This document shows, one piece after another, positions 28,779-38,500 of a DNA stretch of 64,000 nt (the first letter of the stretch is position 1; every line of letters begins with the position of its first letter). Below the pieces are notes generated by a model. It ran no database searches, had not been told where the DNA came from, and worked only from the letters and a program-made list of their open reading frames with translations. Source of the stretch: Thermoplasmatota archaeon (GTDB lineage Archaea > Thermoplasmatota > Thermoplasmata > UBA10834); assembly GCA_040751795.1 (NCBI GenBank), contig JBFMHR010000003.1:128001-192000 (forward strand), written 5' to 3'. The position numbers and the translations under genes are program-made.

Positions 28779-30905
28779 ACGCCCAAGGAGTACACGCCCG
28801 AGGACCTCATCGCCGTGTGGGAGGAGTTCCTGGGGTCCGAGGACCAGAGGCACCAGGTCTCGGCCATAGCCGACCTGTACCCAGACGTGAGGAGCATGTA
28901 CGTCGAGTTCTCCGCCGTGGAGAAGTTCGACCCCGACCTCGCCAACTACACCCTGGCCAACCCCACGCAGTCGCTCGGCGCGGCCGAGGAGGCCGTGAGG
29001 CACATGGTCTCCCACGCCCTGACCGAGCCGTTCGTCCACTTCAGGATCAAGGGCCTGCCCCGCGACTCCAGGGTCGAGATACGCAAGCTCAGGGCGAAGC
29101 ACCTCGGCACCTTCGTCGCCGTCGAGGGCCTCGTCAGGAAGGCCACCGAGGTCAGGCCAAGGGTCACCGTGGCGGAGTTCGAGTGCGCGAGGTGCGGCCA
29201 CAGGATGTCGGTGGAGCAGGACGGGATGCAGTACCACGAGCCGCTCGAGTGCCCCAAGGACGACGGCGGCTGCGGCAGGGGCTCCGGCTCCACCAAGTTC
29301 AGGCTGCTCACGGACCCGTCGACGTTCGTCGACACGCAGAAGATCGAGGTCCAGGAGCCGCCGGAGGGCCTCAGGGGGGGCTCGCAGCCCGAGAGGCTCA
29401 CCGGCTTCATCGAGGACGACCTGTCGGGCAAGATCTCCCCGGGGGACAGGGTCATCATCAACGGCGTTCTCAGGAGCCACCAGAAGGGGACGACGGTCAA
29501 GTCGACCCTCTTCGACATCACGGTGGACGTCAACTCGGTCGAGTACGAGGAGCACGAGTACGAGGAGATCGTCATAACCCCCGAGGACGAGGCCAAGATA
29601 CGCGAGTTCGCCGGCTCGCCCGAAGCGCTCGAGAAGATCGTGGCATCGATATCCCCGACCATCTTCGGCTACGCCCAGGAGAAGGAGGCCCTCGCGCTGC
29701 AGCTGTTCGGAGGAGTGTCCAAGGTCATGGACGACGGCACGAGGATCAGGGGCGACATCCACATAGCGATGATAGGCGACCCGGGCACGGCCAAGTCGCA
29801 GATACTGAGGTACATGGCGATGCTGGCCCCGAGGGGCATCTACACGTCCGGCAAGTCCTCCTCGGCCGCGGGCCTCACCGCCGCCGCGGTGAAGGACGAG
29901 TTCGGCGAGGGGCGCTGGACCCTCGAGGCGGGGGCGCTCGTCCTCGCGGACAAGGGCCTCGCATGCATCGACGAGCTGGACAAGATGACGGACCAGGACC
30001 GCTCCAGCATACACGAGAGCCTGGAGCAGGGCACGATATCCGTCGCCAAGGCGGGCATCACCGCCACGCTGCAGTCGAGGTGCGCCGTCCTGGGCGCGGC
30101 GAACCCGAAGTACGGCCGCTTCGACGAGAACCGGAGCGTCGCGGAGCAGATCGACCTGCCCCCCGCGCTGCTGTCCAGGTTCGACGCCATATTCACCATG
30201 ACCGACAGGCCAGACTCCGAGTACGACAGGAACGTCGCGTCGCACATACTCAAGGCCCACAGGCGCGGGGAGGTCATGCAGCACGAGTCCCCGGACAGCA
30301 TCCCGGCGGAGCTGGACGCCGAGGACATCATGAACGAGACCAGGGCCCTCGTGCCCGCCATGGAGCGCGACTTCCTCAGGAAGTACGTCGCGTACAGCAA
30401 GCGCATAATGCCGGTCATGAGCGACGAGGCGATGAGGACCCTCGAGGGCTACTACGTGTCCATACGGAAGCTGGGCGAGGGGGATGAGGCCTCGGTGCCG
30501 ATCACCGCGAGGCAGCTCGAGGCGCTCATCCGCCTCTCCGAGGCGGGCGCCAGGTCCAGGCTGCACACGGTCGTGACCACGGAGGACGCGAACCGGTCGA
30601 TCAAGATCGTGGAGTACTACCTCGGCAAGGTCGCCAGCGAGGGCGGGAAGAGGGACATCGACCTCATAGCCACCGGGACGAGCAGGAGCCAGAGGGAGCA
30701 GATCTACGTGCTCAAGAACCTCGTGCAGCAGCTCTCCGACGAGAGGAGGGGCGTGAGCCTCGAGGAGCTGGTCCAGAAGGCCGGCTCCGACAACATACCC
30801 GAGGAGCGGGTCCGCGCCCTGCTGAAGCGGCTCAGCGATGCGGGCGAGGTCTACTCCCCGCAGCCGGGCTACTACAAGCTCGCGACGGAGGAGCGCATCG
30901 GATGA
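28779..30905 (+). CDS. mcm: Replicative helicase MCM
   Basis: GDPGTAKSQ, AAGLTAA, IDELDKM, LLSRFD, TARQLE; start inferred as ACG at 28779 (first canonical start is GTG 28815). Confidence 0.96.
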   Translation, partial: TPKEYTPEDLIAVWEEFLGSEDQRHQVSAIADLYPDVRSMYVEFSAVEKFDPDLANYTLANPTQSLGAAEEAVRHMVSHALTEPFVHFRIKGLPRDSRVEIRKLRAKHLGTFVAVEGLVRKATEVRPRVTVAEFECARCGHRMSVEQDGMQYHEPLECPKDDGGCGRGSGSTKFRLLTDPSTFVDTQKIEVQEPPEGLRGGSQPERLTGFIEDDLSGKISPGDRVIINGVLRSHQKGTTVKSTLFDITVDVNSVEYEEHEYEEIVITPEDEAKIREFAGSPEALEKIVASISPTIFGYAQEKEALALQLFGGVSKVMDDGTRIRGDIHIAMIGDPGTAKSQILRYMAMLAPRGIYTSGKSSSAAGLTAAAVKDEFGEGRWTLEAGALVLADKGLACIDELDKMTDQDRSSIHESLEQGTISVAKAGITATLQSRCAVLGAANPKYGRFDENRSVAEQIDLPPALLSRFDAIFTMTDRPDSEYDRNVASHILKAHRRGEVMQHESPDSIPAELDAEDIMNETRALVPAMERDFLRKYVAYSKRIMPVMSDEAMRTLEGYYVSIRKLGEGDEASVPITARQLEALIRLSEAGARSRLHTVVTTEDANRSIKIVEYYLGKVASEGGKRDIDLIATGTSRSQREQIYVLKNLVQQLSDERRGVSLEELVQKAGSDNIPEERVRALLKRLSDAGEVYSPQPGYYKLATEERIG

Positions 30906-31198
30906 TCTGCATCAGGGTCTACACCCAGGGCCGGGAGCGCCTCGTGGCGGCCTGCGACGCCGACATCGTCGGCAAGACCTTCAGGTCGGACGGGCTGGTC
31001 CTCGAGGTCTCCGAGTCCTTCTACCACGGCGACGACGTCGACGAGGAGGCGCTGGTCAACTGGCTGAGGCTGGCCACGGTGGCCAATCTGTCCGGGGAGA
31101 GGGTCGTGGCGGTCGCGGTCGAGAACGGGTTCATTGACGAGGGCTGCGTCATCAGGATAGGCGGGGTGCCGCACGCCCAGATGACGAGGATGATCTGA
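30902..31198 (+). CDS. DUF424 family protein
   Basis: LVAACD.DIVGKTF, ESFY, ANLSGERVV, GGVPHAQ. Confidence 0.85.
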   Translation: MICIRVYTQGRERLVAACDADIVGKTFRSDGLVLEVSESFYHGDDVDEEALVNWLRLATVANLSGERVVAVAVENGFIDEGCVIRIGGVPHAQMTRMI

Positions 31199-32236
31199 TT
31201 GTTCTGCGTCGAGTGCGGCGCCGAAGGGGTCGACATGATCGGCTCCGTGTGCAGGGAGTGCTACGCCAAGAAGCACGTTTGGGCGAGGCTCCCCGACCAC
31301 GTCGACCTGGTCCTCTGCGCGCACTGCTCCTCGATGCAGCTCCACGACGACTGGACCGACATCGGCTCCGTCGCCGAGGGGGCCGAGGCCGTCCTGAGGG
31401 ACGCCCTGGAGCTCCCCGGGGACGCGGCCCTCGTGGCCCTGAGGGTGTCCATCGAGGAGAGGGACCCCAGGAACGTCCAGGCATCGGTCCAGGTCAGGCT
31501 GTCCTCGCACGGGACAGAGTTCGACATCCCCCTTCAGACGGTCGTCAGGATGAAGCGCGGCTCGTGCAAGGAGTGCTCCAAGAAGATGGGCTCCTACTAC
31601 GAGGCCATGCTCCAGGTCCGGACCCCCGGCGGGGGCAGGGAGGGGGACGCGGAGGCCGAGGTCGAGTCGTTCGTGCGGTCGAGGGCCGACGCGATGAGGA
31701 AGGGGAGCAGGTCCGTGTTCATAAGCAGGGTGGAGAGGGTCAGGGGCGGCCTGGACTTCTACTTCAGCACCGCCCAGGCGGCCAGGGCCATCGCGAGGGA
31801 GCTGCAGGAGACCAGGTGCGCCGAGTACAAGGAGTCCTCGAGCCTCTGGGGGAAGCGCGGCGGGGAGGAGGTCTCAAGGATGACCTACCTGGTCAGGCTC
31901 CCCGGCTTCGGGCCGGGAGACGTCGTCGAGCACGGCTCCAGGGACTACCTCGTCAGGAGCATGTCGAAGGGGAACGTCCACGCCATCGACCTGCTGACGG
32001 GCGAGGCCAGGGCCATCAAGGTGAAGGAGCAGTCCGACTTCAGGCTGTCCAGCCCGGCGTCGGGGGTGCGGAGGGCGGTCGTGCTAATGGAGACGCCCTC
32101 GGAGGTGCAGGTGCTCGACCCGGACACCATGGCCCCCCTCGACCTGAGGAAGCCCCAGGGCTTCGTCCGGGGGCAGGAGCAGGCCCGCCTCGTCAAGACG
32201 AGGCTCGGCGCGTACGTGCTCAGCGACAGTTGGTAA
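31199..32236 (+). CDS. NMD3 family ribosome biogenesis protein
   Basis: Four CxxC pairs, YYEAMLQVR, GGLDFY. Confidence 0.88.
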   Translation: MFCVECGAEGVDMIGSVCRECYAKKHVWARLPDHVDLVLCAHCSSMQLHDDWTDIGSVAEGAEAVLRDALELPGDAALVALRVSIEERDPRNVQASVQVRLSSHGTEFDIPLQTVVRMKRGSCKECSKKMGSYYEAMLQVRTPGGGREGDAEAEVESFVRSRADAMRKGSRSVFISRVERVRGGLDFYFSTAQAARAIARELQETRCAEYKESSSLWGKRGGEEVSRMTYLVRLPGFGPGDVVEHGSRDYLVRSMSKGNVHAIDLLTGEARAIKVKEQSDFRLSSPASGVRRAVVLMETPSEVQVLDPDTMAPLDLRKPQGFVRGQEQARLVKTRLGAYVLSDSW

Positions 32237-32310
32237 TCGTACCTCGCCCGCCGGGTCCCACGAAAAGGCATTAATTCTAACTCGGCCTACCCCGGACGGA
32301 GGCCGCGACA

Positions 32311-33183
32311 ATGGTCGACGAGAAGGGTATTCAGGACGCTGTCGTCGAGCTGCTCCGCAGGACGGTCGTTAGGCTGCCCAAGGACGTCGAGGGCGCCATC
32401 CGCAGGGCCTACGAGGCCGAGACGGACGAGGTCCCCAGGATGCAGCTCAAGGCGATCGTGGACAACATAGAGCTTGCCAAGAGGACCAACACCCCCATGT
32501 GCCAGGACACGGGCGTGACGATATTCTACGTGAGCCTGCCCAGGGAGTGCAGGGCCGACGTGGAGAAGGGCATAGTCGACGGGGTCAGGCGCGCCACGAA
32601 GGAGGTCCCGCTGAGGCCCAACGCCGTCCACCCGCTGACGAGGAAGAACCCGGGGGACAACGTGGGCGACCGGATGCCCTACATCAACTGGAAGGTCTGG
32701 GACAAGGACCACATCGAGATCACGGTCATGACCAAGGGCGCGGGCTCCGAGAACATGAGCCAGCTCGCGATGCTCACCCCCAGCGCGGGGCTCAAGGGCA
32801 TCAAGGAGTTCGTCCTGGGCACCGTGCTCAGGGCCGGGAGCAACCCCTGCCCGCCGACCATCATCGGCCTGGGCATAGGCGGCTCAGCCGACATATCCAT
32901 GAAGCTGGCCAAGGAGGCCCTCCTGAGGCCCTTGGACGTCAGGAACAAGGACCCGGAGGTCGCCAAGCTGGAGACCGAGCTCCTCGAGGCGATGAACATG
33001 CTGGGCATAGGCCCGATGGGCCTCGGGGGCAAGACGACCATGCTCGGCCTCAACATAGAGTACGCCTACTGCCACACGGCCAGCCTGCCCGTCGCGATCA
33101 ACGTGCAGTGCTGGGCGGGGAGGAGGGGCACCGTCAGGATACACAGGGACGGGAAGCTCGAGTTCCCGACCCACGAGGGGTGA
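32311..33183 (+). CDS. Fe-S hydro-lyase alpha subunit (class I fumarate hydratase / tartrate dehydratase)
   Basis: PMCQDTG, KGAGSEN, PCPP, CHTASLP. Confidence 0.92.
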   Translation: MVDEKGIQDAVVELLRRTVVRLPKDVEGAIRRAYEAETDEVPRMQLKAIVDNIELAKRTNTPMCQDTGVTIFYVSLPRECRADVEKGIVDGVRRATKEVPLRPNAVHPLTRKNPGDNVGDRMPYINWKVWDKDHIEITVMTKGAGSENMSQLAMLTPSAGLKGIKEFVLGTVLRAGSNPCPPTIIGLGIGGSADISMKLAKEALLRPLDVRNKDPEVAKLETELLEAMNMLGIGPMGLGGKTTMLGLNIEYAYCHTASLPVAINVQCWAGRRGTVRIHRDGKLEFPTHEG

Positions 33184-33788
33184 TGACGATGGCCAAGAGG
33201 TTGAAGACACCGTTGTCGGAGGCCGACGCGAGGGCCCTGAAGGTCGGGGAGACCGTGTTCCTGGACGGGACCGTCTACACGGGCAGGGACGAGGTCCACA
33301 TACACGCCCTCGAGTACGCGGAGAAGGGGAAGAAGGTCCCGGTCGAATTCAAGGGCGCGGCCCTCTTCCACTGCGGGCCCATAATGAGGAAGGTGGGGGA
33401 GCAGTGGGAGGTCGTGGCGGCCGGCCCGACGACCTCGTCGAGGATGAACTCCCTCGAGCCGCAGTTCATAGAGAAGTTCAGGCCCGGCGCGATCATAGGC
33501 AAGGGCGGGATGTCCCAGCCGACCGTCGACGCCATGGAGAAGTTCGGGTGCGTCTACCTGGCCATAACCGGGGGCGCGGCCGTCCTCGCGGCCAAGGGGA
33601 TCAGGAAGGTCCACGGGGTCGAGTGGTACGAGCTCGGCATGCCCGAGGCGATTTGGATAATGGAGGCAGACAACTTCGGGCCGCTGACGGTCGCCATCGA
33701 CGCGCACGGCAACAGCCTGTTCGCGGACGTGGGGGCCAAGGTCAAGGAGAACGAGGCCAAGGTCCGCCAGAGGCTGGGCATCAAGTGA
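33183..33788 (+). CDS. Fe-S hydro-lyase beta subunit
   Basis: TGRD, HCGP, GPTTSSRM, IGKGG, IDAHGNSL. Confidence 0.92.
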   Translation: MTMAKRLKTPLSEADARALKVGETVFLDGTVYTGRDEVHIHALEYAEKGKKVPVEFKGAALFHCGPIMRKVGEQWEVVAAGPTTSSRMNSLEPQFIEKFRPGAIIGKGGMSQPTVDAMEKFGCVYLAITGGAAVLAAKGIRKVHGVEWYELGMPEAIWIMEADNFGPLTVAIDAHGNSLFADVGAKVKENEAKVRQRLGIK

Positions 33789-33798
33789 GGGGCCGCCC

Positions 33799-35397
33799 TC
33801 ACCTCTTCCTCTTTTCCTTCCTCCTGTCCCGCTCGCCGGGCCCCTCCTCGTCCTCCTGGGCCTCGTCCTGGTCGTACACCGCGGGCGCCTTGTCGGGCGC
33901 CTCGAAGGTCCTGATCCGGAGCATCACGGCCAGCGCGAGGATTATAATGGTGAGGAAGAGCGCGAGGATCATCATGGAGTGCGCCAGGTCGAAGCCGAAG
34001 ATGAAGCCCCCGAAGCTCTCGGGCACCGGCTCCATGACGACCTGGTCCAGGACGGCGCCCTCGGCGGGCACCGCTATCGGGCTCAGTTCGACGGGCTGGT
34101 ACCCGTCGAGGACGAACCTGACGGTGTAGTTGCCCTGGGTGAGCCCCGTCACCACGAACTGCCCGTCTATGTTGGTTATGGTGTTCCTCTGGGTCGCCAG
34201 GCCGACCACGGCGACGACGACCCCGGAGAGGGGCAGGTCGTCCCTGCCGGACAGGACCAGCCCGGATATGGACGGGCCAGGTACGATGGTCATGTTGATG
34301 TTGACCTGCACCTCGCTGCCCCTCGGGACCACCACCCCGACCACCGTCACCGGGGTGTACCCCTCGAGGGAGGCGGTGAGGCTGTAGGTGCCCGCGGTGA
34401 TGTTCTTGATCTCGTAGTAGCCCTCTATCGACGTGTTTGTCGACAGGTCCGTGCCGATGACCGTGATGAGGACCGACGGCACCAGGAAGGTCCCCGACCT
34501 CACGATGCCGTACAGCTTGGTCGGCTTCTCGACGAGGAGGAAGTCCACGCCCGAGGTCTCCGAGCCGTTCTGGACGACCACGCCGGGCACGGACGCCGGC
34601 TCGAAGCCGGTGAGCGACGCCGTCACGTTGTAAGTCCCCGACGGGACGTTGGGGATCCGGTACTCCCCGACGGAGTTGGAATAGGCCGTCATGGTGAGGG
34701 TGCCGACGGTCACGGAGACGGACACGAGGTAGAGGGGCTCCTCGGTGGCCGCGTGCCTCACCGTGCCGGATATGGCCCCGGTCTGGGCGACCAGGTCGAA
34801 GAAGAGCACCTCGAAGTAGTCCGCATCCAGGACGACGTTCTGGGGCTGGGGCGTGTCGTATCCGGGCGCCGAGGCGGTGACGACGAAGAGGACGCCCGCC
34901 GGGACGCCGTTGACGGTGCACACGCCCTCGGCGTCGGTCGTGTTGTGCCCGAGGGTGAGCACGGAGACGTTGGCCCCTGCCACCGGTCCGGACGCGTCGC
35001 TCACGACGCAGTAGATGATGCCGCCCGTTATCTCGAGGGCGACCTCCGTGGTGTTCCACGGGGAGACGACGACCTCGACGACCTCGGAGGGCCTGTACCC
35101 CGACTTCTCCGCCGTCACGTTGTACCGCGTCCAGTTGGCGTCGGTCGGCAGGCCGTCCAGCAGGACGTACCCTGTGGCGTTCGTGTGCTCGGAGATGCCC
35201 ATGCCCACGACCGAGACGTCCGCATCGGCGATGGGTCGGCCGACGTCGTCGGTCACGAGCACCAGGACCGCACCCGTGTCCTCCGTCTGCGCAGCGGCCC
35301 ATCCCGCGGGGTTCAGCAAGGCAGCTGCGGGCCCGAGCAGGGCCGTCAGGACGGTCAGCGCGGCCAACCAGGTCGAGAACATGCGAATCCTGGCCAT
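33799..35397 (-). CDS. Surface protein with about five carboxypeptidase-regulatory-like repeats and a C-terminal TM anchor
   Basis: Signal peptide; repeated G.V...P+....V.V.....TN..G.Y....+P.G.Y.+TA...GY. Confidence 0.85.
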   Translation of the reverse strand: MARIRMFSTWLAALTVLTALLGPAAALLNPAGWAAAQTEDTGAVLVLVTDDVGRPIADADVSVVGMGISEHTNATGYVLLDGLPTDANWTRYNVTAEKSGYRPSEVVEVVVSPWNTTEVALEITGGIIYCVVSDASGPVAGANVSVLTLGHNTTDAEGVCTVNGVPAGVLFVVTASAPGYDTPQPQNVVLDADYFEVLFFDLVAQTGAISGTVRHAATEEPLYLVSVSVTVGTLTMTAYSNSVGEYRIPNVPSGTYNVTASLTGFEPASVPGVVVQNGSETSGVDFLLVEKPTKLYGIVRSGTFLVPSVLITVIGTDLSTNTSIEGYYEIKNITAGTYSLTASLEGYTPVTVVGVVVPRGSEVQVNINMTIVPGPSISGLVLSGRDDLPLSGVVVAVVGLATQRNTITNIDGQFVVTGLTQGNYTVRFVLDGYQPVELSPIAVPAEGAVLDQVVMEPVPESFGGFIFGFDLAHSMMILALFLTIIILALAVMLRIRTFEAPDKAPAVYDQDEAQEDEEGPGERDRRKEKRKR

Positions 35398-35533
35398 GTC
35401 AACTTCTCAGTCGGCAACAATCACCTCGTCTCGATAAATACGTTTGCCGTCCGGGGACTTCTTCCGCCTCCCCAGCTGGCAACGTATTAATACGGACACC
35501 TGATAACGAAGACGAATCGACGGACTGACTGAC

Positions 35534-38500
35534 ATGGTAGAGAGGGTATCTGACGGGATGGGCACCGAAGGGGTGCTGGGGCTCATGCACCCCCTCGTGG
35601 CCAAGTGGTTCAGGGCCAAGTTCGGCGGGGTCACCGAGGCCCAGGCCGTGGCGGTGCCCGTGATACACGCCCGCGAGAGCGTCCTCGTCTCCTCCCCGAC
35701 CGGCTCGGGGAAGACCCTCACCGCCTTCATGTCCATCATCAACGAGCTGGCCCTCCTGGACCAGAGGGGGGAGCTCGAGGACAGGATATACGCCGTCTAC
35801 GTCTCCCCGCTGAAGGCCCTCGCCAACGACATCAACGAGAACCTCCTCCGCCCGCTCGAGGAGATCTCCGCCGAGTTCGAGCGGGCGGGCTCCAGGCCAC
35901 CGGGCATAAGGGTGGCGGTGAGGACGGGGGACACCCTGCCCGCCGAGAGGCAGAGGCAGCTCCGCTCCCCCCCGCACATATTCATCACCACGCCCGAGTC
36001 CCTCTCGCTCGTCCTGAGCACCCCCGCGTTCAGCAAGAAGTTCGGGAAGGTGGAGTACGTGGTCGTGGACGAGGTCCACGAGGTCTGCGACTCCAAGCGC
36101 GGGGTGGCCCTCTCGGTGGCGCTCGAGCGCCTCCGGGGAATGTGCGGGAGGGACTTCGTCAGGATCGGCCTCTCCGCCACCGTCGCCCCGCTGGAGGAGG
36201 TCGCGGAGTTCCTGGCCGGGCTCGAGGGCGGGAGGCCGCGTCCGGTGAAGGTCGTCGAGATCTTCGGGCAGCGCGACCTCGACCTCAGGGTCCTCTGCCC
36301 CGCCGACGACATGACCGCCCTGTCGTTCGAGGTGGTCAACTCCAAGATGTACGACCATCTCAAGGAGATGGTCGACGGGCACCGGACGACCCTGGTGTTC
36401 ACCAACACCAGGAGCGGGACCGAGAGCGTCGTCTACAAGCTGCGGGAGCGGGGCCTGGAGGCCGTCGGCGCCCACCACGGCAGCCTGAGCAGGGACACGA
36501 GGCTGGAGGTGGAGGACCAGCTCAGGGGCGGGGCGTTGAGCGCCGTCGTCTCGTCGACGTCGCTCGAGCTCGGGATCGACATCGGCCACATCGACCTGGT
36601 CGTGCAGATCGGCTCCCCGAAGTCGGTCGCGAAGGGGCTCCAGCGCATAGGCCGCGCGGGGCACCAGTACGGGGGCACATCGAAGGGCCGGATACTGGTG
36701 TTCGAGAACGACGACCTGGTCGAGTGCGCGGTCCTCTGCAGGGCGGCCCACAGGAAGGCCATAGACAGGGTAACGATCCCCAGGGACTCCCTGGACGTCC
36801 TGGCGCAGGCGGTCGTGGGCATGTCGATCGAGCGCCAGTGGACCGTGGACCAGGCGTTCGAGCTCGTCACGCGGTCCTTCTGCTACAGGGACCTCCGGCG
36901 CGACCAGCTCCTGAGCGTCCTGAGGTACCTCGGCGGGAAGGACGAGTTCGAGGGCATCTACTCCAAGATATGGTACGACGAGGGGACCGGGACGTTCGGG
37001 AGGAGGCGCGGGTCCCGGATGATCTACTACCTCAACCAGGGCACGATACCAGAGGAGGCCGACTACAAGGTCTACTCGGAGAGGGGCGCCCCCCTGGGCT
37101 CCCTGTCCGAGAAGTTCGTGGAGCGCCTCTCGGCGGGCGACATATTCGTCCTCGGAGGGAGGAGCTACGAGTTCCTGAGGACGAAGGGGACCAAGGCCTT
37201 CGTCAAGGGCGCCAGCGGGCGCAGGCCGACGGTGCCCTCGTGGACCGGCGAGATGCTCCCGAGGAGCTTCGACCTCTCCGTGATGGTCGGCCGGTTCAGG
37301 AGGGAGATGGACGAGCGCCTCGGCCCCGTCCCGGAGGCCGAGATAGCGTCATGGCTCATGGAGGAGTTCAGCGTCGACGAGGGCTCGGCCAACACGATCA
37401 TCAGCTACTTCAAGGAGCAGAAGGCCGCGGCCACGATACCCACCGACGAGCGCCTGGTCATCGAGGGGTACGTCGACGCCTCGGGGGAGAGGCACGCGGT
37501 GTTCCACTTCCCCTTCGGGAGGAGGGTCAACGACGCCCTGAGCAGGGCCTACGCGCACGCTCTGTCGGGCAAGCTCAGGTGCAGCGTCAACGTGAGCGTC
37601 ACCGACGACTGCTTCATGCTCTCCGCGCCGAAGAGGTTCGAGCTCGGGGGGCTCGAGGGGCTCGTCCGCTCCGGGGACCTCGAGGGGATGCTCAGGTCCG
37701 CGGTCAAGGACTCGGAACTCTTCCACCAGCGGTTCAGGCACACCGCCACCAGGAGCTTCATGGTCCTCAGGAACTACAAGGGGCGGGAGCTCTCGGTCGC
37801 CAGGCAGCAGCTGAGGTCCAGGCGCCTCCTGGACGCGCTCCACGAGCTCTCCGACTTCCCGGTGATGGCCGAGACATACTCGGAGATACTGACGGACGTC
37901 ATGGACCTGGACAACGCACGGGCGGTGCTCCGGTCGATCGAGTCCGGCGACAGGCGGGTCGAGCACCTGCCGTTCTCGGGGGTGCCCTCCCCCATGGCCC
38001 ACAACGTCATACTCGTCGGCGTGTCGGACATCGTGCTGATGGAGGACCGGAGCATGCTGCTCCGGGAGATGCACAGGAAGGTGCTCGCGCGGGTGCTCGG
38101 CGAGGACGCGCTCTCGGAGTACCAGTTCGACCCGGACGAGGTGGCCGAGCACTTCAGGCGCAAATTCCCGACGGTCTCGTCCAAGCAGGACATCCTCCGG
38201 CTCCTCGGCGAGGCGGGGCCCATGAACCTGTTCAGGGAGAAGGGGGAGAACGTCTACGCCCACACCGACCGGCCGTTCGAGGAGGTCAGGGGATGGGCCT
38301 CCGAGCTCCTCCGCGAGGGGAAGGTCAGGTCGGTGTGGGTCGGGGAGGACGTCTACGCGGCCGCGGACATGTGGCCGACGTACCTGTGCCTCCATTCGAG
38401 GGCGCACCGGAGCTCGCCGCTCGAGAGGGCGGCGCTCGCCCTCCTGTCCAAGGGGGCGATGGACCAGGACGAGCTCGCGCGCTCCCTCTCCGTCAAGAGG

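Noticed and set aside
35483-35494. Palindrome CGTATTAATACG upstream of lhr as a repair-regulon operator
   Set aside because: Coincides with the expected TATA box of divergent promoters, and similar sequences occur at other promoters (about 46338 and 53633), so it is probably a core promoter
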